63,790 nucleotides of DNA, filler included, from Reticulomyxa filosa (GCA_000512085.1; 15 parts of 15 records of this genome joined end to end with filler, not necessarily neighbours in it); one strand, 5' to 3'; shown: positions 38,664 through 50,370, counted from the first letter of the whole stretch. Numbers and translations: made by a program. Notes: generated from the sequence alone by a model not told the origin.

Positions 38664-41600
38664 TCACTGAAAGATCATATTAGTTGCTTGATTGAGCAAT
38701 TCCTGATCACTAGGTAATGACTGTACGACTGAACCCAGATCGATGGCATACTTATTTTGGAATTCCTTCAAAGGCAAGTTGCACAAACCGGTCAAAGATG
38801 CATTTCCGGACGGAGTGGATATAACGTTATTTCCTAACATTGGCCAAGTTGGTTGACTACTAGTGCAATCAAAGCTACCATAGTTCTGAGCGTTGCTTGT
38901 TAACACCAAAGTGTTGTTGTAAAACACATCATTGTGTCCAGCCAATTGATCGCTGATTGAAAAGCCTTCTCCTACATAAGCTTTTATTTACATATATGCA
39001 CACATATATACGTATACGTACATAATAACATTAATAATAATAAAAATTAAAAATTACCATAAATGTTATACTCATGTCTGTTGTCATGTCCACCGAATCA
39101 CTTTTCATGCCATTACCCGAATAAACCAAAAAGTTGTGATGTGTGTAATAATAGCAAGAGCCATCATCATTGTCAACAGCTTCCTGCGAGTTGTAATTTG
39201 CAATCATGAAATTGTAAGATATTTCATCATATGCCTTAATAACCGAAGGGGTGCCATAGCGAACGTTCGTTACATACACTTGTCTGTCCCAACTATTAAA
39301 TGGCCCTTTTTGTTTGGAACATCAAAAAAAAGTTTGTGAAAAGAAAAAAATTTTACCTACTTTTTTTTTTTTAACAAAAATGGGGATCCTTTTTTTTTTT
39401 TTGACACAATTATCAAAACATACCATGATCCCCAGATTCTCGGCAAGTGTTGAAAAGTAAGTTTTTGTAAATGTGTGAGCCTCCACCAAATCCGTCATTA
39501 AAGTTAATGCCAGCTCTTGGGCCATTGAAGAAGATGTTGTTAGCGATGTAGTTTTGGCAGGACTTGGCTTGGAAATAAAAGGAGCTTTGTTTTTCCCAAA
39601 TGCCCAACTCATGCACAAAGTTCTGGATAATTGTTAGCTCTCGAGGTTGGTTACCATTGGTGCCATCCCATCCCATCGAGGTCTTGTCTGACCCGCTAGG
39701 GAAGGTTATTCCATTTGTGTCACCTTTTTTTTATTTAAATAAAAAGAAAAAGCAAAAATTCACATAAAAAAAAAAAAAAACGGAAAGAGACAAAAGGAGA
39801 GGGGGGGGGGGGTGGAAAATAAGAAGTGTTTATGTTTGTGTGTGTGTTAACCCCATGAAGTGATGGCACTATCACCATTCCAAACAATTTCATTTTGAGC
39901 GATGGTGATATGTCGGTTGTATCGATTAATGGAAATGGCATTTCCATCCAGCCTGGTCATGACATTGTTGAGAAGGGCGATATTTTCAGTGCCTTCAAGT
40001 AGATGGCGCCGGTGCGTTGCAAAGCCCAATCACCTCCCGACGGCATTCCATGGTTGTCCATGTACGTATACTGCGTGTCTCTTAAAGTCAAGCCTCGAAT
40101 CGTCATGTTGGCAACGGGGTACGACATATTTCCAACCAATGAAAACAGCACCTTTAAATTGGTCGCCTCGAACTCATCAAAAGTTGGTGCGCCCGTCCTG
40201 TTGTTATAATAATACAATGTATTCGCTGACGAATTGAAAAACCATTCACTTGGCGCGTCCAACTCTTCGAACAAGTTTTCTACATAAAACTCATCACCGG
40301 CATTGTTCCCGCGAGCATCTTGGAACCCTCCTCGACTGAAGATAAACTCTCCACTCTTGCTCTTTGTTGAGTCGATCGTGAACATCCACGACGCCCAATG
40401 TCCTGGTCTCCAGGCTTGCACCACACCTCCGTTCACGTTGTGGTAAGGACTGTGCGGTAAGATCGACGTGTTATACGTCATCCCATATGGGATGCGATAC
40501 GTCGTCGCTCCTCCTCCTTGAGGATTCGAGCTGCACCAGTACCCTGCCGGAGGAGTAAAGTTTGCACAGGGGCCTCCCATCCCTTTTTTTTTTTCAAAAA
40601 AAAAAAAAAAAGTCAAAAGTTCAGTTCCCCCAATTTTGTTACAACAACAGAACTTTTTTCAAAGTAAAAAAAAAAAGGGGTCTCCTCAGCTAAGTTCAAT
40701 CTCAACTTCAACTTTTATATGTGCATATACATATATATATATATATATAACAAACCTAAATTGTAGTGCCAAAAATAACTACTGACAGTATCATTTCGGA
40801 TGGGGTAGTAAGGATTAAATTGGTAAGAAGGCAGATAAGGCGGCGACGGGGAGAGCCATGACTTTGCTTGCAAGGTGCTGCCAAAGCCCTGGGTTTCCGG
40901 GTTTGCGTTCGGATAGCGAGCACGAATGGCACGAGTGCCATTGACACGAAGTCCCATTATGCTTATGCCTGATATCGAGCATTGATAGATGTTGAGGTTG
41001 TTTGAGTTCTGCTTGTACAGCTTCCACGTGCATTCGATTGGCGTCCCGCCACTCACCTGCGCCAATTCACCGTTGTAGTTTGTTATCACCATGTTGCTGT
41101 CCTCGTGGCCCAGTGATAGCGTGTTCTTCAAGTAATAGCGACCAGCGCGGAGGATTATATATTTTTTCATTCCTCGTCCGTAGCTTCGAGATTTTACTGT
41201 CCATTTTTTTTTTTTTTTAAATTTTTTTTAAAAAAATTCTTTTTGTTCCTATCCACTCCTTCTTCCCTTTTTTTTTTTTTAAAAAAAAACATGTCCCAAG
41301 GGATGTGCGTGTACCAATGGCAGTCTCCACTTGGTGCAATGGAGAGTTAATACTCCCGTCGTTGCCGTCGTCCCCTTTTTTTGCGTCGACGTAAATGCGC
41401 ACTTCGTTTGCGTCCTTATCTACTTCCAGATCCTTCCATACGGCCGCCTTGCGGTGACGATCTGGTCGCGGCCGACCCAATCTACTCCAGTCAATGTCCT
41501 CTGGCGACACGCTGCAATTTTGGGCTTCTTGTGCCCCGTTCAACGCGTCTGCAATCTCTTGCAAGTGATCCATCGACAAGAACGGCTGGATGTCGAGCGC

Positions 41601-41699
41601 AAACTCCAACGCCAGTTGACGCATTGGACAGTCAAAAGTCTTTTGATTGCCATTAACCAATGAGGCCAAGAGCCCAACTAAAAATAGCCCTTTCGACAT
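38664..41699 (-). CDS. Secreted right-handed parallel beta-helix (pectin-lyase fold, GH141-like) protein, multi-exon
   Basis: Signal peptide, IYVDAKKGDDGNDGSINSP, IILRAGRYYL, LRVNGTRAIRARYPN and beta-helix repeats (NYIANNIFFNGPRAGINFNDGFGGG; FNTCRESGDHG; DNDDGS.YY). Single-base breaks near 39096 and 39997. Confidence 0.8.
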
Positions 41700-42388
41700 T
41701 CCTCCACCAAATTAATAATTGTGCAAGATGCAGTCGTGAATCGGGCTTCCTTTTTTCTTTTTTGAGTTGTTTTTTCAAAAAAAAAACGTTAAAGTTGTCA
41801 ATTTGTGTCTTTTTTTTTGTATTAAAATAAAATAAAAGGTATTTGTATTGGCATTATTTTTTTGTTAATTGAATTGGAGATGAAAACGCTTGATGCGTCA
41901 GGTTAGGTAGTTTAAAGTTGTACATTTTCTCATTTTCTTAAACAAAGAGTTTTAAAAAAGTTAAACCTTTACTTCAACAACAGCTCGATGTTAGTACAGT
42001 CTCTATTTCTTTGATTAGTTTTTTTATTGGGTGACAAAAAAAATGTTTCGAAAGTAGGTCAATTCCACATACGGCACTCAGTGGGGGGGGGATAGGTACA
42101 TGGAAAAAAAAAAATGGAAAATCGTTTATTACAATGTAGTGAGATTGATTTCAGGTATGAAAGTCCATAGCTTAGTTACAATTAACAATGTTAAGAATGT
42201 TGTCTTTCATCCTATTACTTTTGAACCAACTTTCCATACACCAAAATCAAAATTAAAGATGCCCACAACAATCAAAGAAAAACAATAACATTCAAATCTT
42301 GTATTGTGAAATGATTGTAAGAACAAAAGGGTATTGCCCCTCTACAAAAAAAAAAAAATAAAATAATTATTTAAGGAAAAAAAATTAT

Positions 42389-42862
42389 TTATAAGTTTTG
42401 AAACATTGGATCTTCAAAAACTAATTCATAGCCTATAACACTAATTTGTGCTTGACATTGCACAGCAACAGCGGGTGCAACGGGTGGCGGAATATTAGTG
42501 ATATTGATGGCGTAATTGATATTGGATGAGGAAAACGAGCCATTGCTAGTTTGCTCGAGATTGCTAATGGAGATTTGCTTTCTCACCATGTCAACGATGA
42601 TACGAATGACGTCTCCTTTGCATATCATATCCCCACGATAAAGCTACGATAACTGCCAGTGCAATCACCCACTTTGCTGCACTGCCACAGTCCATTGTGT
42701 CCAATATCACCATCCTTGTCCGTCACGGCCCACGAGCTACGGCAGTCCCCAAGTCGAACACCATCATACGATTCAAACGACGGGGTTACCACTCCAAGCA
42801 ATAAGCTTGTGCCCCCATTCCATTTACTTTCGATGCCCATTTCCTATCCCAACGCCGACAAT
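42389..42862 (-). CDS. C-terminal SPRY-like domain (5' truncated)
   Basis: LLLGVVT...LGDCRSSWAV...GDIGHNG...KGDVIRIIVDM...PVAPAVAV is a SPRY pattern. The two ORFs are joined in frame by a 29-nt GT-AG intron at 42644-42672. Confidence 0.7.
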
Positions 42863-43025
42863 GGATACACATATATACATGCAAATAAAGTGAACAAAAA
42901 AAAAAAAAAAAAAAAAAACGGGGGANNNNNNNNNNNNNNNNNNNNNNNNNNNNNNNNNNNNNNNNNNNNTTAATTAATTAANNNNNNNNNNNNNNNNNNN
43001 NNNNNNNNNNNNNNNNNNNNNNNNN

Positions 43026-43834
43026 CTTCTTGAACTGGCCCGTCATGAATTCCTGGGTGGGCTTGAGAGCTTGTTCCAGGCATTGAGGTTCACCGCCACG
43101 AAGCCCGCGGTGTAGCCCAGCGACACGTCGACGACGGTCTTCACCACTTCCGGCCACTTCGCCTGGTAGCCCGGCAGGGTGCCGGTGATGCCGCAGTCGA
43201 CGACGCCCTTCTCGAGCGCCGGCACAACCTCGCCGAACGGAATGGTGACCGCCGCGCCGCCCAGCGCCTTCACCAGGTCGGACTGCGAGACGCCCTGCAC
43301 GCGCACCTTCTTGCCCTTGATGTCGGCCAGGCTGGAGATCTCGTCGCGGCAGAAGAACACCTGCTGCGGGAAGGCGAAGGTCGACACGATCATCGAGCCG
43401 AACTTGTCGCGCATCACCTTCTGCATCTCGGGCATCCAGGCGCTCAGGATCTCGCGCTGCTGGGCGACGCTCTGCGCCACGCCCGAAATGTCCGAGCCTT
43501 CGAAGATCGCGGCGCCGTCGTCGACATAGATCGGCAGCGCATGGGCCACGTCGTAGACGCCGGTCTTCAGCAGGCGCAGCACCTCGGTGCCCTTGAGGTT
43601 GAGCTCGGTGATCGACTTGATGTTGCCGGTCAGCTTGCCGCCCGAGGCCGCGCCGAGCTGCTCGCTCCAGAACGGGGCCTCGACCTTCTTGTTGATGTTG
43701 AGGAAGTTCCACGTGCCGATGACGTTGAACTTCTTGGTATCGAGCTGCGCCGGCGCGGCTGTCTGCGCCGAGGCGATGCCACTGCTGCCAACGGCCAACG
43801 CCGCCGCCATTCCGAGAAGTGCGGTGAATTTCAT
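43026..43834 (-). CDS. dctP: Bacterial TRAP transporter periplasmic substrate-binding protein (DctP family), 3' truncated
   Basis: GC-rich and intronless. Signal peptide MKFTALLGMAAALAVGSSGIASAQ, LADIKGKKVRV with conserved Arg, ALGGAAVTIPFGEVVPALEKGVVD, and NLNAWNKLS continuing as KPTQEFM after a 1-nt break near 43064. Confidence 0.92.
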
Positions 43835-43840
43835 CTAAGC

Positions 43841-43846
43841 CTCCCT
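43841..43846 (-). promoter_or_regulatory. Shine-Dalgarno sequence of dctP
   Basis: Minus strand reads ACAGGGAGGCTTAGATG, with AGGGAGG a few nt upstream of the ATG. Confidence 0.8.
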
Positions 43847-43949
43847 GTTCCGCGCCTTTGACCCCTGGCGCAGTTGGCGATGACTGTCGTTCAATTCACC
43901 CGGTGAGGCAAGGGCACGGACGGCAGGGCTTTCAGTGGCGTGCGGGAAA

Positions 43950-44043
43950 GGTCCCTCGCTTACGCTCGGGATGACAATTTTGGTGGGGTCGACGCACTGC
44001 GCCGATCAAAACTCCATTGTCATCCCGAGCGCAGCGACGGACC
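43950..44043. repeat. Inverted pair of REP-like palindromic units (REPIN-like)
   Basis: GGTCCCTCGCTTACGCTCGGGATGACAAT (43950-43978) and ATTGTCATCCCGAGCGCAGCGACGGACC (44016-44043) are near-perfect reverse complements, each internally palindromic. Confidence 0.75.
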
Positions 44044-44174
44044 CTTAGTCATACGCGGCAGCCCGACCCAAAAGNNNNNNNNNNNNNNNNNNNNNNNNNN
44101 NNNNNNNNNNNNNNNNNNTTAATTAATTAANNNNNNNNNNNNNNNNNNNNNNNNNNNNNNNNNNNNNNNNNNNN

Positions 44175-45294
44175 TGAATTTGAATTTGAATTTGAGTTTA
44201 AGTTTAAGTTTAAGTTTATGTTTGAGTTCAGATTTGGATTTAAATTGCAAGCACTTGGTTTCATTGATTTTTGTGTTTCGACCAATGGTTCTTTGCTATC
44301 ATTTGATACTGTCATTTCCTTTTGTTCGACCATGTCGTCTTTTTGGCTTAACTTGGGCTGCGTTTCTTCCACAGTCGCCAATGACAACAGTTGTGGTGCC
44401 GGAGATGATAAACAGTTCCTTTTTTAAAAAATATTTTTGTTTCATAATCTTTTTTTTGTAATACATGCTTATATAAATATATGTGTGTATGTGCACATAA
44501 TACTAATTTTAAAAAAAAAAAAAAAAGCGTTCAATTAAAACACTTTTCGTTTTTCAAGCAAATCAAAAAAAAAAAAAATTTGTTTTTTAAAAATAAGTCC
44601 GATGAAACCTTGCCGGCAAATATTTTTTGTTTTGTTTGTAGATTATGATTTTTTTTCTTTCTTTGGAGATGATGTGTGTCCCCTTTGTTCTTTGGTCATG
44701 GACCACACAACACACACTTGGGTAAGGGCTTCAAAGCACTTGAATGCAAACGACACAGCGCAGGAGTTTGATGAGTGGCTTCGTTTCGGACTGGCGTAGT
44801 CCGCACACCATTTGGCTGACTGTTCGGTTTTGTCACGTTATTTAACGCAAATTGGATGCTTTTCAAACAATTTAGTACTGCTATCCAAAATGACAATTCT
44901 GGTAAATTGTTTGAAGAATCGAAATTTGCTAACAATATATTCCATTGAGAATCACTCTCTTCTTTATTACAGACATGATGGCGGCTTACAAATGATTTTA
45001 TGTAGTTCAGCTTAGTAAGTGCGCTTTCGTTCTTTTTTTTAAAGAAGAACAAAACAAACAAAAAGAATACAAAAATTTTCTCAAATACCAAATTTAAAAA
45101 AATGCTAAAAGTAAATTAACTGGCATTGGGTTTTCTCTTTGTATGTCTGCCACTCGGACATATACATCAAAAAGTAAGTCGCCTGACTTTACGTAAGAAG
45201 GATCCAATGTTTTTGCACCGCGTTGAGGCAGGATTTGAAAGAGAAGTGCCGAACAGGCACCACATATACTTGAACATTGCGTTGACATTGCCAA
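44175..45294 (-). CDS. Multi-exon hypothetical protein (3' truncated)
   Basis: Co-oriented ORFs 45094-45294, 44696-45091 and 44127-44387 separated by poly-T intron-like sequence. No recognised domain. Confidence 0.45.
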
Positions 45295-45733
45295 TTCCCA
45301 CTTTCCTCCAAATCACACTATTAGGAGGGCAAAAAATTTCTTTTGCAGAACTTTCTGCTACTAATTTAATTTATTTGCTTACGGAAACGTTTGTAACATT
45401 ACTATTAGTAAGATCTAAAAATTAAAACATATAACGAAAAATATGTCAACTTTCTTGTTACTATCTCAAGATGAGCAGATATATTGCAAACTAGAATTAC
45501 TGTTGAATGTTCTCCCAGAACATCAACGATCAAAAGCTTAAATTATAAATGACGACCTGTTCTTTGCATGAAAAATATGTTCACTGATATAGTTTAGAGG
45601 CATTGTCAAAATAGGCGTTTAAAGAAAAAAGGAGCTAAGCAACTTGGTATATTTATGCAAGATTTATCTTTGAAGAATAGTTTAGTAAGTTTTTGTTGTA
45701 CAGATGCAGGATTTGTTTCCGTATGAAAATTTG

Positions 45734-46453
45734 CTATGATTTTGAAATGGTTTGCGAAATCATTGAAAGCCATTCGTCACATTCTTTTGGACTTCGCAAA
45801 TGAATCCAGCGAACATGCGGATGTTGGCTAAGTGCGACACTAACCTTTTTAGGTTGTTGGTGATGCACTTTTATTACCCAATAGGGAATGCAATCCTTCC
45901 ATTGCAGTAGTGTTGTCCAAGTTTCAACATTTCCATTGCAAATTTTTTCACGGTGCCAAATTCTTCGTAGAGTTCTTTTCCAACTACGATAAAATACAAG
46001 CCAGAAATCAAAATCCAAAAATATGACATACCTCATCTCATCCCAACATGGATGATCGCGCGATTTCTCGTTAAGCAAATAATTGCCATCCATCACCCAC
46101 TCATTTTTTTCTAATTGTTTGCAAGTGTTTGTCAACTCCTCTCTAAGGCTTTCAATGGAACGTGATTTCCAATTTGGAAGCCAATGCAAGTAATCCAATT
46201 CTATGTGTGATATTGACAACATTCTCCCTAAGGTTGTTGCTAATGTGGACTTTCCACTACATGAGCAACCAACCACTATAATGCGGTACGGAGGCTTGAG
46301 TTTGAAAAAGGTTGTGCCTTTCGTTCGAAACAGCCCATGATATCCGGTGTAGACGCGGATACATATAAACAGAAAACACAACAAGAAAATTATGCAGAAA
46401 AAGTAAAATGCTTTTGGCATTTTGTTCAAATTCGATCGTATCCAATACAACAA
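45734..46453 (-). CDS. P-loop kinase of the bacterial FlaR/adenylate-kinase-like family
   Basis: RIIVVGCSCSGKSTLA...HIELDYLHWLPNW...WVMDGNY...VIFLDF...R..RR......NGNVETW. The true start is uncertain because the 5' part may include an intron. Confidence 0.85.
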   Translation of the reverse strand: MLYWIRSNLNKMPKAFYFFCIIFLLCFLFICIRVYTGYHGLFRTKGTTFFKLKPPYRIIVVGCSCSGKSTLATTLGRMLSISHIELDYLHWLPNWKSRSIESLREELTNTCKQLEKNEWVMDGNYLLNEKSRDHPCWDEMRYVIFLDFDFWLVFYRSWKRTLRRIWHREKICNGNVETWTTLLQWKDCIPYWVIKVHHQQPKKVSVALSQHPHVRWIHLRSPKECDEWLSMISQTISKS

Positions 46454-46794
46454 TGCCAGATTCGGAAAAAAATTATTTTGTTTGCGTATTATTTAGAAAT
46501 AATAGTTTTTTTTCTCATCACTCGCTCTGTGTGGAACCGTGAAATTTTAGATAACTTTGTGTTTTTCGAGTTTTAAGACGTAAATGTAATTTACCCAACG
46601 TGAAACAGAAAAAATGCGCTTCACAATCAATGATAGATTTTTGAAAAGTACTGTTTTCATTATCTATGTCGCAAATATTACAATAAATAAAAAAAAAGGA
46701 CAATCGCCCGGATATTGAAAAACACGAACAATATATGCCACTAAAGAAAGGACACCAAAGACTAATAATATGAAAAAACACAAAACAATCAGTA

Positions 46795-48357
46795 CTAATT
46801 GTCATCATCATCGCCAAGGTCTAAACTTGGACGACGATTTACTTGTTTGCGTGGATTAGAGGTTTCGGAAAACAAATGAAAAAAGCAGTTATCGCAACAA
46901 TCATCCAATTCACAACACAGAAAAAGATAATTTTGTTTAACAAAAGGATAGCTTCGATATACAACGAACGAGCTCAAAAGGTTTTGCACCGCCAACACAG
47001 TCTGAAAAATATCCAGGCGGTTGGAACCATTGTTAGCAATGACGTCTGTTCTCAAATCCTGAAAATTGAATCCTTTGTTAAGTCCAACAGCTTCTCCATT
47101 TTTAAATGATCCTAATTGATTAGTATCCATTAACAGGAGCACACAAAGATCTCTGATTACAATCATCGAAAAATCTAGCTCAGCCAAAAAAAACAACACG
47201 TTTTTGTAGAGATGTTTGTGATCGTTTGAGATGTCATTGTTCCTTTTGTACTACTTTTTTTTTTTTTTGTTGCATAAAAAAAATCACAAAACATAGGATT
47301 GTTAGCCAGGTATATTTCCATGTGTCATCAATTAAGATGCTATGCTTTTGATGTACGAATGTAAATAACGAACCGTATTGACATTCTTGTGTGCTTGTCA
47401 TTGTGTATATCCGGTTGGTACTATAACTCTCAGATAATTCTTCGCTCGATTGTAAGTTTGCATTTTCCATAAGGATTGTTTTGTATCTCAGCAATTGTTT
47501 ATGATGATATCCCCAAATCAGTATCATTATCAGTAAGGCAAGCATTTGGCATACATGTATTGCCAATGCCCACACTTGTAAATACTCTTTATTTGTAATA
47601 CCTTGTTATAATTACCACCCAATGTGTTTTTTCAAAAAAAAAAAAAAAATGTGCATCCCCAAAGAAACAAAAAAAAGTGAGTAGTAAAATTGCATCGAAA
47701 AAAACAAAAAAATAGACAAATTTTACCAATTTGTAGTAGAGCATGGTTGTGTATATACTTGCTAATATAATGTGTCAACACCAATAACAGTTGGCTCAAC
47801 AGTGTAAATATGACAAAGCCGCACGCTATCCTATATTTATAACGACCCAACAGGGTGGACAGATTTTGCACACGAAGATTAGGGACGTTGATACGTGACA
47901 GCTGCAATATCCTTAGACCAAACAAACCAAATATCAACACCATGGATATATCCTCTATTAATTCACTTGCCATGATAAGCAGGTCAACAAATTGAGACTT
48001 GATCCCATAAATTAGCACATTCAATATGACATACAGACAATTACACAGAAACATTAAGATAAATATACACAATCCCAAATTACTGTAAGAGTAATACGAA
48101 AACTCAAAATATCCACTCAAAGGTGCATCAGTGGCAGTTTGATCCACTGATAGCATCGCTGCTCGAGGACTGAAAAGTTCTGATAATCTCTCTCTATTTC
48201 GTTCGCGCTTTTTGATACGCACTGGCTTGTACACTGAATTTACGATCAAAGAGTTGCTGAGATAGCGTTGCTTGAGAAACAAGGTAAACAAAAATACACA
48301 AGCAATAGTCGAAATGCAAATAACAGCGCTACATATGTCATGCCCACCACCAGACAT
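46795..48357 (-). CDS. Multi-pass (7TM/GPCR-like) membrane protein, three exons
   Basis: Three co-oriented ORFs with about 6-7 hydrophobic segments, ending in a Cys-rich juxtamembrane tail YLFLCCELDDCCDNCF. Confidence 0.55.
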
Positions 48358-49335
48358 TTTTATTGACGAGAAATTTACTCTAGAGAGACTATTCCCTTCT
48401 GCTCACAAAAACTGTCACAACAAAAAGTTGAGTTTTTGTTTTCCACAACCTAGACACGTATAAATATATATATTACGAGCATAAACGATCAACAGAACAC
48501 AAACGAACTGCTGTTGAAAATTTTTAAAGCAAAATACAAAATAGTGCAGAATACTCTAACTGACTGCGGTAGGTTGCAAAAAACTGAGCACACAAAATAC
48601 CATACGAATAATCGATTTCTCATTAAACCTAATTTTTTAAACATTATACAACATTTTTTTTACAAATTTTAATTTTTTAAAAATTTGTTACTTTTTTTTA
48701 TGTATTTGCTTTTCACTTTTATTACAATTAAATTACTTTTTAATTGCTATTTTTTAAATGGAATTTGTGCTAAAATCGTTGTCCGTATAGAATAAATAAG
48801 TTTATTTTTGTTCTTTAAATATTTAAATAACTGTTTAGTCTGATTTATCACTCAAGCTACTGTATGGTAAGTCTGTTATGAGTTTCAAAATTCTAAGGGA
48901 ATATTGGAGCCCCAGTGGGCTAAACTTTCTCCACAAAACAACTCACTTTTCTCTGGTTTACTCTTTTCTTTGTCTTGTTGTAGTTATTTCTTATTAGTTT
49001 ACTTTCTTTTACTAAAACTTGTGTTCGGGACTAAGTTCTTTCATATTACACTAAGTCTCACCCACTGTCTCCACACCACTTAACCTCTTTTTGTTAGATT
49101 TAGCAATAAAGTCTCTTTTTTAAAAAAGTTAAATAGGGCTCTAGATCTTTAATGAAAATTAAAAAAGGGGTCTGGCAGCTCTTAATGATTTGGCCATATT
49201 TGGGCAAATCAAGTAATAGCACAGTCAACAAATCCATTTAACTGAAATTAAACAAAAATAAAGAACAAAGAAAAATTTGTGTGACACGAGCGGTAGGTGA
49301 TATCCCTTTATGAAAAAAATTAGGAGGAATTAGAT

Positions 49336-50180
49336 ATGTTTATATCAGCGGTATTGTTTGTTTTGGGTAGTGTGTTTAGCAGTGTGGTACAGAGCCAATA
49401 TACTGGTGACCACATAACGATTCATGTGATCACTCATACACATGACGACGTCGGTAATATTTCTGACTCTTAACTTGAAAAAAAAAAAAAAGGAGGCCTA
49501 AATTTCTGACACTGTTGTATGGATGAATTTAGGCTGGATAATATCAACGGATGAGTACTACATCCAAGAAGTGCAATGGATCTTGGACACAATGATACCA
49601 GTACTAGTGGACAATCCAGAGTTGAAATTCACATATGTGGAGCAAGCGTATTTTTCTCGTTGGTGGAACGAGCAAACGGATACGATGAAAGATACAGTTC
49701 GAATGTTGGTGGACAATGGGCAGTTGCAATTCAATCTGGGAGGTTGGGCGATGAACGACGAGGTCAGTGTCACATTGTAATGTGTTGTTTGTCCATTTTA
49801 AACACATGATGGAAGCAAAGAGAAAGAAAGAGAAGGGAATGATGTAAATGGCAATATAATAAAAAGCTATAATGTTACAATATGTGTGTGGTGAATAGGC
49901 ATGTCCAACATTGTCGGAAATAGTTCGTCAGATGACTGATGGACAGCAATTTATTCTGCGACAATTTGGGGATAATGGACGTCCGACGGTGGGATGGCAC
50001 ATTGACCCATTTGGACATAGTTATGTGACCGGAGGGTTGTGGAGCGAAGTCGGCTTCGATGCATTTGGGTTTTGGAGAATCAACTATCGTCAAATGCAAG
50101 AGCGCGAGCGAAACAAAGATTTGGAGTTTGTGTGGAAGGGTTCTTCGTCTTTGGGTGATGACGGTTACATTTGGGTTCAT
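49336..50180 (+). CDS. GH38 (lysosomal-type) alpha-mannosidase, N-terminal catalytic domain, 3' truncated
   Basis: Signal peptide, zinc-binding HTHDDVG|W, FTYVEQAYFSRWW, GQLQFNLGGWAMNDE|A, nucleophile motif GWHIDPFGHS and LEFVWKGS. Two GT-AG introns. Confidence 0.95.
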
Positions 50181-50331
50181 TTGCTCGTTTAGTGTGAAAC
50201 AAGAGAATTTTTTTTTTTTTTTTTTTTTTAANNNNNNNNNNNNNNNNNNNNNNNNNNNNNNNNNNNNNNNNNNNNTTAATTAATTAANNNNNNNNNNNNN
50301 NNNNNNNNNNNNNNNNNNNNNNNNNNNNNNN

Positions 50332-50370
<39 letters not shown>

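Noticed and set aside
42978-43861. Alternative ORFs overlapping dctP
   Set aside because: Expected stop-poor frames in GC-rich DNA; only the last codons of the 42978-43712 frame are the shifted continuation of DctP.
42389-45294. Horizontal insertion of dctP into the host chromosome
   Set aside because: The GC-rich DNA is bounded by linkers on both sides, with no host-bacterial junction.
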